This document shows, piece by piece, positions 32,380 to 42,326 of a stretch of 64,000 nt of DNA; positions within the stretch are counted from its first letter, which is position 1, and the number at the start of each line of letters is the position of its first letter. The stretch lies in assembly GCA_024346625.1 (NCBI GenBank), contig AP024665.1, positions 1,116,001-1,180,000 of the forward strand, read 5' to 3'. Both the position numbers and the translations under genes were made by a program. Source of the DNA: Williopsis jadinii (lineage: Eukaryota). The notes under the pieces are model-generated. The model ran no database searches. It was not told the origin of the DNA and saw only the letters and a list, made by a program, of their open reading frames with translations.

Positions 32380-34080
32380 ATGTCTTTGGTGTACTTCCAC
32401 CAACAACAAGGTAACTTCCACACAAATAGGCGTGAGCTGAACATTGTGAATGATCACTACAGCCACTACGGCAATTCTGTGCTTGTGCAATCAAAGTCGG
32501 TCCTTTCCAGTCAGAGAACCCGAACTAGCAGCTCCATCATCTCAAATGCAGCTGTTTCACCAAACACATCACGTAACAGTTCAAGGCATGCGGTGAAAGA
32601 GTTCCAACCTTCAGATCACGATACTGTGACTGATCTAACAACTGAAACCTTCAAGAGACAGAAGTTGGGGTATAGGTCGTTATTGCTAACGCAAGCTGAT
32701 TCCAAGGTGAAGAGATTTCTGAATAGGCTGGATACTGATACATTCAGCTTGTTCTCATCTAAGTCTCATTCAGTGCAACAACCAACCACTATAGGCTCAT
32801 TGCCAGTGGAGATACTATCTATGGTTATTTCCCTTGTGGGGGATTACAAGACGACAATTTCGTGTCTCTACGTGAGCAAGCAGTTTAACAAGGCCGCAAC
32901 CCCGGTGGTTTACTCTTCCCCTGTGTTGAACTCCACGTACAGAGTGGCACAGCTGGTCTCTTCCTTGAAAGAAACCGGTAACGGCCAGTGGGTTAAATCG
33001 TTAGACCTCTCACATTTGGAACCAGGATTGATCCCTGATGAGGACTACAAAGATGATGACAACAATTCAATCTCATCTGACCACGTTGAATACGCCTTGG
33101 CCAGTTGGAGGGATTGGAAGTACAAGGATGACCCCTTGTACGGCTCAAACCTTTTGAACTCGTACACTCTGAGTAAGAGCAAGTCTGCTATCAGCTGTGA
33201 TTCAAATTTCTCCACGGCGTCATCATTCACCAGCAAGATAATGACGAGGCTTAAGAGCTCGGATCGTGAACTCACGAGAATGGGCCAAAGGGTAAAGAAA
33301 ATGTTCAAGTGGAAGGCCAAGATCAAAAGAAATCGGTCTTCGATTTCAAAAAAGGACCACGGTACCGGTCAGCAGACTTTGTATGGAGATGGGGCTGATG
33401 ATTCGAACATTGGTATCACCTGTTCAGTGAAGTTTCAGGTAAAAGATATGAAAAATCAGCCTTTCAGCGCAGGACACCCTTTCACCAATAAATTTCTGCT
33501 GAAGTATGCAAACTCCAAGGATTTGCCAATTGGATACATCTTGCTATTCATAGACCTATGTCCAAATTTGCAAAGCTTGAATCTTTCAAACTTGTCTCTA
33601 TCTGATGATTTCCAAATCGTTTATCGCAAGCCGAATGTTAACTCATTGATTGAATCTGTCATTCCAGCTATCAACACACAGTCTAACGATTGTGGGTTAC
33701 AGATAGATCATTACTTCTCGGATAGAAATATCCACTTCAACGACAAGCATTCACATACAGAGTTCCACAAATTACACGACACTGATATCCTTGTCAAGCT
33801 ATCACAGTTGGAATCCTTGCGTGAGCTATCAATGTGCAACTTACCCTGGTTGAACTACAGAGTCATCAGAGGAAGCTTCATTCAAAGTTCAGTGAGTATG
33901 TTGAATGGTACGTTGAAATGCGTTGATTTTACAAACTCTGGAATGGTTCGTGATTTGAGATGGGCAAAGGCATTTACATGTGATGAGCTAGATCGTTACT
34001 TCCAACCTGAAACTGAGCCCATTATCGAAGAGGAGAACGAGCATGATGTCCTGGTTCGTGGAATCGGCATGAATTACTGA
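32380..34080 (+). CDS. COS111: F-box/LRR protein Cos111
   Basis: F-box SLPVEILSMVI, plus STYRVAQLV, ASWRDWKYKDDPLYG and HPFTNKFLLKYANSKDLPIGY motifs. Confidence 0.8.
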   Translation: MSLVYFHQQQGNFHTNRRELNIVNDHYSHYGNSVLVQSKSVLSSQRTRTSSSIISNAAVSPNTSRNSSRHAVKEFQPSDHDTVTDLTTETFKRQKLGYRSLLLTQADSKVKRFLNRLDTDTFSLFSSKSHSVQQPTTIGSLPVEILSMVISLVGDYKTTISCLYVSKQFNKAATPVVYSSPVLNSTYRVAQLVSSLKETGNGQWVKSLDLSHLEPGLIPDEDYKDDDNNSISSDHVEYALASWRDWKYKDDPLYGSNLLNSYTLSKSKSAISCDSNFSTASSFTSKIMTRLKSSDRELTRMGQRVKKMFKWKAKIKRNRSSISKKDHGTGQQTLYGDGADDSNIGITCSVKFQVKDMKNQPFSAGHPFTNKFLLKYANSKDLPIGYILLFIDLCPNLQSLNLSNLSLSDDFQIVYRKPNVNSLIESVIPAINTQSNDCGLQIDHYFSDRNIHFNDKHSHTEFHKLHDTDILVKLSQLESLRELSMCNLPWLNYRVIRGSFIQSSVSMLNGTLKCVDFTNSGMVRDLRWAKAFTCDELDRYFQPETEPIIEEENEHDVLVRGIGMNY

Positions 34081-34477
34081 TGTTTCTTTTCATTACAGCC
34101 ACCTGAATTGGTTTCCCTTCCCTCATTATGTCTTATGGAGTTATTTCGTGACATTTCTTTCAAAGAGTAAGGCTGTTTGGCTATATGTGTGTGTCTGTTT
34201 CGCCATTTGCCATATTCCTTTACAGTCATCCTTCATTTCTTTTGCTTTATTGGTGTTTCTCTACTTTACTTCTCTCATTTTGTCTTTGATATTCGTGTCT
34301 TATTATTTTGACTCTGGCGTACTCTACTACCTGACTTATACTGCTTGCTTGATTTTATATCTTTTCGTTTTGCTTTGAAGGAGTATCATATGTGTTCTAT
34401 GCGGTAATTGGTTGTTTTCTATGTTTATCTTGTGTGCCATGTTTACTTTATATTGGAAACCATATAACCATATACAT

Positions 34478-35142
34478 TCACCTGTAGTTTGGAGGCCTAT
34501 CCTCCTTATTCCGTATCATTCTCAGTTTAATCCAATCGATTGCATCCGTCACACCTTCACCTGTAATAGCACTTATCGGTAATACCCGTGAGTCTCTTGC
34601 GCTTAGATGTTCTGCAATCTTGTTGAAGATCTCCTTCACGTCTTCAACCTCCAATGAGTCTTCGAGGTCCTGTTTATTTGCAAGCATCAGTATGGGAACA
34701 TTTGCGATGGAGTCATCCGTCGCTATACGCATGAACGCATCGGAGCACTCCTCTAAACGTGCCTTATCCGTGGAGTCAACAATGAAGATGATACCATGGC
34801 AGTGTGCGTAGTACTCTTCCCACAGAGATCTAAGCGATTCCTGTCCACCAAGATCCCAGAACTTGATCACAATCTTATCAACGTTTATATGCACCACATT
34901 CTGTCCTACAGTCGGATGAATCCTTTCTGGTGGCGTCGCCTTGAGATCTGTGTATAAGGACTTCACCTTCTCAAAGAAAGTCTATCCATATCAGCCCTTG
35001 TTAGTATCGTGCTGACGATAAAACAGATCAAACTACATCAACAACATACCGTCTTCCCTGCGTTGTCCAGCCCCAAGATCAGAACAGAGTACTCCTCCTT
35101 CATCGTGTAACGTGAGTAGATTCCCTTCACTAGATGGTACAT
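34478..35142 (-). CDS. ARL3: ARF-like GTPase Arl3/ARFRP1; 2 exons (intron 34982..35049)
   Basis: Exon 1 reads MYHLVKGIYSRYTMKEEYSVLILGLDNAGKT, followed by a GTATGT...TACTAAC...TAG intron. Exon 2 has PTVGQN, WDLGGQ and NKQD. Confidence 0.93.
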
Positions 35143-35432
35143 CTCTACACCAGCTTATCAACTTCCAATGTCTGCAATTGATGACATAAACAAGTGTCTA
35201 TATTACCGGTACAACTAAGCTGAAACATAAACAAAAGACCCGGGGGATTATTCATCGGAATTGATTGTGCTTACGTAAGCGTTTAGTAATAAATACCATA
35301 AACATCCCAACACAGTAATTACCCATTTTGGAAATGAAAATTTATGCTTGGGCAATAAGGTGAAGAAAAAAAACTCGTCGGCCAGGTTCGATATCTTCTT
35401 CTCACTGTTTGAACCAGCAAAAGAGCATCAAG

Positions 35433-36923
35433 ATGTCAATTCCAGAGCCAGTTGAGGCGTTCATCAAGTCGTTCCACGGCTCATACTTGGACAACAGCGT
35501 GGATGAGCTCTACAACTGCTATGAATCTCAGTTTAACAGACTCACAGAGCAGTTCTATAAGAACGTTGCATGGCCATCACCATTGGAGATTTCCCATCTC
35601 GTTGATGATGATCAAGTGTTTTTAGTTTTGTACTCTGAGGTGTACTACAGACAGATCTACGCCCGTTGCGACCCATCGCTTGAGGACAGAACCGGCTCTT
35701 ACAACAACTATTGCAATCTGTTCAACTTGTTGTTGAACAACGAGGATGGGCCTGTGCCATTTGCTCTGCCGTTGAAATGGCTTTGGGACATCATTGACGA
35801 GTTCATCTACCAATTCAACGACTTTGCCATCTACAAGAACAAACTCATCGGTAACAAGGAGAAGTGCGATCCTGTCGAATTGGAGTACGTGTTGGAGCAC
35901 AACGAAGTTTGGAGTGCATACTCAGTTTTGAACGCATTGTACTCTTTGATCTCTAGATCTAAGATCATTGAGCAGTTGCAAGTGAACAAATACCCAGGTG
36001 CAGTTCAAGACGTTTCCATTGCTGGAGAGTTCGGTATCTTGCCATTGTACAGAAACTTGGGATATTTCTCCATTATTGGATTGCTGAGAATCCATACATT
36101 GCTCGGCGACTTCACATTGGCTTTGAAGACCATGGACTATATTGAGTTGGACAAGAAGGCCTTCTTCACAAAGATTCCAGGCTGTCACTTCACCACCTAC
36201 TACTACGTTGGTTTCTGTTACTTAATGCTTCACAGATACTCCGACGCCATCAAGACTTTTTCCCATATCTTGTTGTACATCTCCAGAACAAGAAACATCT
36301 CTAAGGCTGGTCAGTACGATGTCTTCTCAAAGAAGACGGACCAGATGTACTCGCTCTTGATTATCCTTGTTGGCATCTGTCCAACCAGATTGGATGACGT
36401 CCTCCACCAGGGAATCAGAGAGAAATTCAGCGAAAAGTACTACAAAGTCACAAGAGGTGGTGAGGATGCCCTCCCAGTGTATGAGGACCTTTTCAAATTC
36501 AGTTCTCCAAAGTTCATCTCCATCACCACCAACGAGGTGAAGACCGACTCCTTGTCACATCACTGGAAGATCTTCTTACTGAAAGTCAAGCCAATTCTAT
36601 CGGTGCAAGGGCTCAAACCATTCTTGTCGTTGTACTCCAAGCTGGAATTCTCCAAGTTGGCCAAGTTGCTTGACGTTGACGTTTCCACGGTGGAATCCAT
36701 CTTGCGCACTTACAAGCTGAACAACAAGCAATTGAGATGGACAGAAGGCGAGCTGTTGCAAGGTGAATTGGTGCCAATCTACGACTTGGACATTGTTCTC
36801 TACGAGGAGGATGGTAAGCAGATCATCGAGGTCAAGGAGACCAAGCCTGTTAGAAAATTCGCCAACTGGTTCGTCAGAAACACATTGAAGAACTACGGTG
36901 TCCAGGAGAAGATCAGATCATAA
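35433..36923 (+). CDS. Translation initiation factor eIF3 subunit L
   Basis: SYNNYCNLFN, WLWDIIDEFIYQF, LGYFSIIGLLRIHTLLGDF and YYYVGFCYLMLHRYSDAI are eIF3l (Paf67) motifs. Confidence 0.93.
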   Translation: MSIPEPVEAFIKSFHGSYLDNSVDELYNCYESQFNRLTEQFYKNVAWPSPLEISHLVDDDQVFLVLYSEVYYRQIYARCDPSLEDRTGSYNNYCNLFNLLLNNEDGPVPFALPLKWLWDIIDEFIYQFNDFAIYKNKLIGNKEKCDPVELEYVLEHNEVWSAYSVLNALYSLISRSKIIEQLQVNKYPGAVQDVSIAGEFGILPLYRNLGYFSIIGLLRIHTLLGDFTLALKTMDYIELDKKAFFTKIPGCHFTTYYYVGFCYLMLHRYSDAIKTFSHILLYISRTRNISKAGQYDVFSKKTDQMYSLLIILVGICPTRLDDVLHQGIREKFSEKYYKVTRGGEDALPVYEDLFKFSSPKFISITTNEVKTDSLSHHWKIFLLKVKPILSVQGLKPFLSLYSKLEFSKLAKLLDVDVSTVESILRTYKLNNKQLRWTEGELLQGELVPIYDLDIVLYEEDGKQIIEVKETKPVRKFANWFVRNTLKNYGVQEKIRS

Positions 36924-37019
36924 TCATTGAATCGAAAAGGTGTACATTAATCCATAGCAATCACGTTGATAAAGCAAGTCTGTAGACCATCGTCATCACC
37001 ATCACCATCGTTGCCCCGG

Positions 37020-37100
37020 TAGCCCTAACAAATCTGCTGGTAGGGGACACATCCATATACCGACGAATACGCTATAAACACGAACGAAAAATTTTTTTCA
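37020..37100 (+). promoter_or_regulatory. snoRNA-type promoter: Tbf1 site, TATA-like element, A/T tract
   Basis: TAGCCCTAA at 37020-37028, CTATAAA near 37072, and GAAAAATTTTTTTCA near 37086. Confidence 0.6.
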
Positions 37101-37146
37101 CTTCCTTTCTTCTCTTCCTTTTGCCGTTTCTGGTTTCTCTGATACG

Positions 37147-37321
37147 AACGCGTTCTATTCACTGCACCATCAAAGTCTTTGGCTTAACATTGATGATTGG
37201 AGGGGAAAAGAATGCCAGAGAAACGCATATCGATAGCGCACCTCATACTGAGCTTTTGTTTGGTAGTTTCCTCCGTGGGAATGCCCTAGCAACTCTTGGT
37301 AACTACGCTGTCGATACATTC
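37147..37321 (+). ncRNA. SNR8: Box H/ACA snoRNA, snR8-like (guides 25S pseudouridines equivalent to U960 and U986)
   Basis: Hairpin 1 has stem GCGTTCT/AGAATGC, pocket GGGAAA, and H box AGAGAA at 37217. Hairpin 2 has stem ATCGATAGCG/CGCTGTCGAT, pocket ACCTCAT(A)/(A)ACT, and ACA at 37316. The pockets are complementary to 25S UUUCCC-U and AGUUUUAUGAGGU. Confidence 0.8.
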
Positions 37322-37384
37322 TGTCCATTCCATGTTGACAGGCTTTAGCTTCATGTTGGTGACATCAGGGTGTGGCCACTGCTT

Positions 37385-37470
37385 TGTAGATGTTAATTGT
37401 AGATGCGGCCCCTGTGATTGTCGTGATGGGGTGTAGGCTTCTGTAGTGTAAGCTTCTGAAGTGTAATGTG
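37385..37470 (+). terminator. Nrd1-type termination region downstream of the snoRNA
   Basis: Six TGTAG/TGTAA motifs within about 85 nt, starting about 65 nt after the ACA box. Confidence 0.5.
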
Positions 37471-37727
37471 TATTTTAGGTGCCGTCTCCTCTTACCAATG
37501 ATAGCCTCCGCGCAATTACCACACATTGAACGCGTGTCAGTTTCTAAAGCTGTAACATCTGTGATGGATCTGCTCACTTTACAACGTTACAGTGCGACAA
37601 CTCTTGGTGCTGGGCGGTGGTGCTGGGCACTGGAGTATCACACACAACGATACAGCGCTACAAATACCCGTGACTTCTCTGCCATCCTCCACAACTCTTT
37701 GCCAATTACCACCATTATCCCCACACA

Positions 37728-38573
37728 ATGAGCTCTAAAAACGATAAGGAGCATGCCACCCTCACTGCCTCTCTTGTGAAGGAATTACCAGAGATTGTTG
37801 AAGAAGCTGAGTACGATGAGCTTTGGGGGTATCAACTGACGCCAGATGGCCAGTTCTACAACGCCGCTATAGCTGAGAACCTCGTTTACAAGTTCCTGAA
37901 GGCTAACAACTGGGACACCAAATTGGCTAAGGAGCAGCTCACAAACACGCTCAAATGGCGTAAGCAGTTTGAACCCTTGAAGGCTGCGTTTGAAGAGCAG
38001 CATGCCGAGAAGTTTGACCATGTTGTTGCGTTGACACAGTATGGTGATGACGTTGTTACGTGGAACCTGTACAACTTGAAAGGTAAGTTCAAGCCAAAGG
38101 ACTTGTTCACTGACCTCGATGCCTTTCTGAGATTCAGAATCGGTATCATGGAGAAGAGCTTACAAAAGCTGGAGTTTGATAGCGATAGCAAAGACTATAT
38201 GATCCAGGTACACGATTATGAAGGTGTTAGCTTTATGAGATTCGATCCTGACATCAAGAGAGGTTCAAGGGCCACGATCAAGCTGTTCCAGGACAACTAC
38301 CCAGAACTGCTGAAGAAGAAGTTCTTCGTCAACGTCCCAACACTGATGACGTGGGTGTATGACTTCGTAAAGCTCTGGTTGAACAAGCAGACAACGAGTA
38401 AATTCGTCATGCTTTCGAATAGTGGTGATCTGGCTAAACACATCAGCCCACAAGTACCAAAGAGCTATGGAGGTAAGGGTCTGGCACTTACTGAACAGCA
38501 CATCTCTGAAGTTACGCCAACGGCCTACACGTCATTCTTACTACAACAGGAGTTCACCAACGAGATGGATTGA
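37728..38573 (+). CDS. SFH5: Sec14-like phosphatidylinositol transfer protein Sfh5
   Basis: YDELWGYQL, KFLKAN, TWNLY, QVHDYEGVSF and YPELLKKKFFVNVP motifs. Confidence 0.92.
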   Translation: MSSKNDKEHATLTASLVKELPEIVEEAEYDELWGYQLTPDGQFYNAAIAENLVYKFLKANNWDTKLAKEQLTNTLKWRKQFEPLKAAFEEQHAEKFDHVVALTQYGDDVVTWNLYNLKGKFKPKDLFTDLDAFLRFRIGIMEKSLQKLEFDSDSKDYMIQVHDYEGVSFMRFDPDIKRGSRATIKLFQDNYPELLKKKFFVNVPTLMTWVYDFVKLWLNKQTTSKFVMLSNSGDLAKHISPQVPKSYGGKGLALTEQHISEVTPTAYTSFLLQQEFTNEMD

Positions 38574-38644
38574 TAGTAACGTGTGTATTATGTAATTGGG
38601 AATTCTTTCTCTTTCTGTATTGTATCTGTTGATAATAGCGAGGT

Positions 38645-39673
38645 TTAAATGAATTTGAGAACTGTCTCGTGTTGAATAACGTCGTGCAATGAGTGTAGTG
38701 TCTCATAAAGCTCCGAGGCGTCGCCATACTCCTTCTGTAAATCGTCGCAAAGGTCCACCAGCCCGTTGACATAACGGTACTTATGTATGGTCATTTCATC
38801 GTCCACTTCCCTAGAGATCATGGCTTCCACGTTCAAACGAAGAAGCCTCTGCAATAGTTTGTTGGAAGTTGACGTTATAGGCTTCTTATTGATGAAATTG
38901 ACAAATTTCAAGAACAACCTCTGGTTTGAAGTGAACTGGAACTGTGCTGGAGCTGGTAGATGTGGGAGCTGTCTTGGAATCGTCTCAATCAACATGAGAT
39001 AAGAAGCCTGTGTATAGCTCAGCCTCTGTAAAAGGGAGATATCCTTGTCTATTCTCCAGATGACCTGATACAGAGACTTCTCAGAGAACTGTGAGAGTTT
39101 TGCTTCTTCACGCATCATCAGCCACTTGCCCAGGTTGTCCTCGTAGACATCCTGAGCGAAGCTGGTCTTCTTTTGCATGAGTGCTCTAGAGCACACCAAA
39201 ATCTTCAACTCGTCAGAGTGTACAAATTGCAGTCTTGAGTAGATATAATCCAGGTCCTGCACGTGCTTGTTCGTCAGGATATGCTTGAAACTCTTGATGT
39301 CTAAAGTCTCATTCGTTAGCAGCTCATCAAATATCTCCAGAACCTGTTTCTCATCTGTGCACCTCGACACGCTATCCTTGATACTTATAGGGTCGAGATG
39401 GGTCTTGTTGTTCACGTTCAGAATGGTATTCAGCCCCAATAAAGAGTGCGTGAAGTGGCTCTTCACTGTGGCCAGGTCATCAGCACTATCGCCAATGTTG
39501 GAGTTCAGAGCCCTCGTGAAGTAGCTAATGTACTTGTGCTTCTCCTGTTCCGACGTGACATCAATCCCATTCAATGAAGAGGTGCCCTTCAGCAGTGACA
39601 GAGCCTTGGCTATTTCATCTTTGTTCAGCTTCTTTTGTAGCTTGGAAGCCTGTGAAAACGACCTCCGTAACAT
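38645..39673 (-). CDS. Hypothetical mitochondrial protein (candidate YJL147C ortholog by synteny)
   Basis: Starts MLRRSFSQASKLQKK (presequence-like) and is a helical protein lying between SFH5 and RPA34. Confidence 0.55.
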   Translation of the reverse strand: MLRRSFSQASKLQKKLNKDEIAKALSLLKGTSSLNGIDVTSEQEKHKYISYFTRALNSNIGDSADDLATVKSHFTHSLLGLNTILNVNNKTHLDPISIKDSVSRCTDEKQVLEIFDELLTNETLDIKSFKHILTNKHVQDLDYIYSRLQFVHSDELKILVCSRALMQKKTSFAQDVYEDNLGKWLMMREEAKLSQFSEKSLYQVIWRIDKDISLLQRLSYTQASYLMLIETIPRQLPHLPAPAQFQFTSNQRLFLKFVNFINKKPITSTSNKLLQRLLRLNVEAMISREVDDEMTIHKYRYVNGLVDLCDDLQKEYGDASELYETLHSLHDVIQHETVLKFI

Positions 39674-39964
39674 CTTCGAGACCAGCGTGTGCCGTTTAAC
39701 CCGTGTAGCAGTGGTAGTAGCAGTAAAGCAGTAGTGGCGTAGGTATTGTTGTTGTAGCAAACCAGGCAGAGGGTAAAGGAAATTTTACCCCCACCGCCTC
39801 ACCCCACCGCGAACAGGTTCACTGAAACCATCACCATACACTACGAAGGTCTACACCAGTGAACGCTATGCTCTACGTATTTGTTGCTACGAGACGTCAA
39901 TGGTGGATCATCCATTGCTGTATCTCGGCTAAGGATAGAAGATTTGACCTTCACAACGGTGAAA

Positions 39965-41092
39965 TTACTGGCTTCCGGTGTTCCCCGTGTACACCATGGA
40001 CGGGGAATGGTGGGACAACCACTGGGTCCTGTCGAGAACCGTACACTTGAATCCATCAACCTCGTGTCTAGGAAGCATTTCCGACTTCTTGTGGAGTATG
40101 ATGAAGCCCTTGATGACCAGGTCCTCGTTCTTATTCTTGTAGAGGTGTATGGCTTGGAAATCAGGCTGAGGGTTTGTAGGGTCATACCCGAAATACTGAT
40201 CCAGTATCTCGTAAGGTTGAACCTGGCCAGTCTCATCCTTCATGAACTGGTCAAAGAAGAAGTTTGTGGGCTGGCCAATTAGGGCCAGGTACTTCCATGG
40301 CACCACAACTTTCAGGAGAAGGATGTTCTCGTCAGGTATTTGCCGCTCAACCGGCTGTAGCTTGAACTCAAGGCCAGGATAGTCACCCAGATGGAATGTC
40401 TGTGATGTGTACCACTCAAGTTGAGCTTGCAGTGCCTCCAACACTGCTGTAGTTGTCACTTCAACTAGAAGCTCGCCATCTTCCACCTCTCTGTTTCTTG
40501 CTATTGGAACGACGAAGAAAGTGTCAGATTGGTCGTCGAGGACCAGTAAGGAAGCATCAAGCTGGTTGACAAACTTCTGAGTGTACGTTGGGATGTTGCG
40601 AGACACTGCAACCTCGTGTTCCGACATCAACTTGTTGATGGCTATAAGCGTGGCGGTAATGAAGGCATCAGGGCCTGGCAGCTTCAAATCACGCTTGTTC
40701 GAGCCGAGACTGGTGATTTTGATCTGGAGCTTGGTACGATTCAGGGGAGTGTTGAGGGCCTTAAGCTGGTAAGAAGAGAAGCTGTTCAGGGACTTGATCA
40801 AGTATTCAGGGACTCTCTCCCTCTTGAACAGATCAGCTTGAGGCTTGTGAGCTTGAGGCTCGTCAGCTTGAGACTCCTCAGCTTTCGCCTCCTCAGTGTT
40901 TGCAGGCTCATTAGGATCAACAAATAACACCACATCTGTTCTTGAAATTACCCCGTGGATACCAGGGCCATCATCAACGTCGAAAGTCGTCATTAACGGG
41001 CCTGGCGGTGGCTGAGGAGAGCTTTGTGATGTAAATTGATCAAACCATTCGGTCCTCGATTCATTCTGAGATGGCATGTGTGTGTTATTCAT
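39965..41092 (-). CDS. Hypothetical protein, orphan
   Basis: About 375-aa ORF with ordinary composition and a short 5-residue repeat (EEAKAEESQADEPQAHKPQAD). The start is uncertain. Confidence 0.6.
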   Translation of the reverse strand: MNNTHMPSQNESRTEWFDQFTSQSSPQPPPGPLMTTFDVDDGPGIHGVISRTDVVLFVDPNEPANTEEAKAEESQADEPQAHKPQADLFKRERVPEYLIKSLNSFSSYQLKALNTPLNRTKLQIKITSLGSNKRDLKLPGPDAFITATLIAINKLMSEHEVAVSRNIPTYTQKFVNQLDASLLVLDDQSDTFFVVPIARNREVEDGELLVEVTTTAVLEALQAQLEWYTSQTFHLGDYPGLEFKLQPVERQIPDENILLLKVVVPWKYLALIGQPTNFFFDQFMKDETGQVQPYEILDQYFGYDPTNPQPDFQAIHLYKNKNEDLVIKGFIILHKKSEMLPRHEVDGFKCTVLDRTQWLSHHSPSMVYTGNTGSQ

Positions 41093-42326
41093 CGTTCCAA
41101 AGACCAATAATACCTGCTAAACAACAGAAATTGGCGTAAAAGTAAGGAGTAGTATCTAAATGAAGGAGGAAGTTAGGTAACTATGTGCGGTCCATAGCTT
41201 CGATCTGCGTCTGATTGCTTCAATGTCCGATCATGTACGATCGACCGTATTTAAAAAGCAGCACAACGTTCAGAGTCCACGCTGAAAACATTCAGAAGCC
41301 TGTGTAGCGTACCAATGACGACATAAAAGCTGATGCTCGCATGTTCGACTAGCAGAAGTGTTAATACCATCGACGCTGGTGCGTTTCCATATAGAACAGT
41401 GATGATTGGGAGTGTCTGCTCTTTCAACTGTTAATCATTGCAGTTTCAGACAACCATGAGCCCTCTCCACGCCGAGCTGCGACATCAATCAACAGACTTG
41501 TCTTCCAACTGTTTGGGAACAATGTATTGATAGTCTTGTATTACGAGCCTCGTAGCTGCCGGAGACGGTGGGCTGTCTGGCAACAGCCGTAGGCGGAGAA
41601 AGCACCACAACCACTGGTTATCATCAACACTATGGCCGGCCACTAACGTCCCAACAACGCCCTGCTACGAATATTACACAACATTAGCTCGGAGTAGTAC
41701 AATCAACGACTCGCTCAGACGAACACATCTTGCGATAATACAACGTGCAAATAATGCACACAAGCAACTACAAGTGCCGTCTCTGAAGTGCATCCACGCT
41801 TTGACCGGTGCTAAGGTCACACGTCAACGTTCACATGCACATCTTTTTTCCACCCTTTAATACATAACAAGATCAGAAATGTCCCAATGCCATAGGTCAT
41901 CACCGCTTCATGGGCTCAACAACTGCGTAAAAAGCACAGTCGGAGCCTAAACAGCGATGGTTTTAAAGCTGGGTCGTAAACAATTGGTCTCCTAAGACTA
42001 AAGGCCACAACATTCTAGTTTAAGTAGCTAGCGTGTCGCTTATACCATGGCATTGAAGCATACCATGTGCCATTAAATCCTAGTTGGTTTTAGTTAATTA
42101 GTAGAAAAACAAATAAGGTAAAGGTTGAAAACGTTTTTTTTTCGCAAAAAACCTTTTGCAAATTTCCCGAAAATTTTTTTCAGTTATGTGGTGTCTGGGT
42201 TTTACAGGTGTCCGGATGTTTCAACTTCCCCCAAATAACTACCTCGAGGGCATACTTCAACAGTTTAACGACATCCTTGTCTCTATGTTGAACGCACACT
42301 ATCAGCCAATACGTGGACGCTAACAA

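Noticed and set aside
37190..37252. TGATGA...CTGA read as a box C/D snoRNA
   Set aside because: It is too short, and both motifs fall within stems of the better-supported H/ACA fold.
41399..41460. GTGATGA followed by CATTGCAGTTTC, resembling U14/snR128 box C and domain A (U14 lies near RPA34 in S. cerevisiae)
   Set aside because: The domain A match is imperfect, and no domain B (CCTTCCTAGGATG) or box D follows. An Rfam scan would settle it.
41440..41635. Minus-strand TGATGA...CTGA pair about 180 nt apart (snR190-sized C/D candidate)
   Set aside because: No convincing rRNA guide next to a D or D' box, and only a 3-bp terminal stem.
42190..42200. GGTGTCTGGGT as a possible telomerase RNA template
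   Set aside because: It is embedded in the A/T-tract core promoter of TFA2 and more likely a Rap1-type site. No Sm site or pseudoknot was identified, and the species' telomere repeat is not known from this window.
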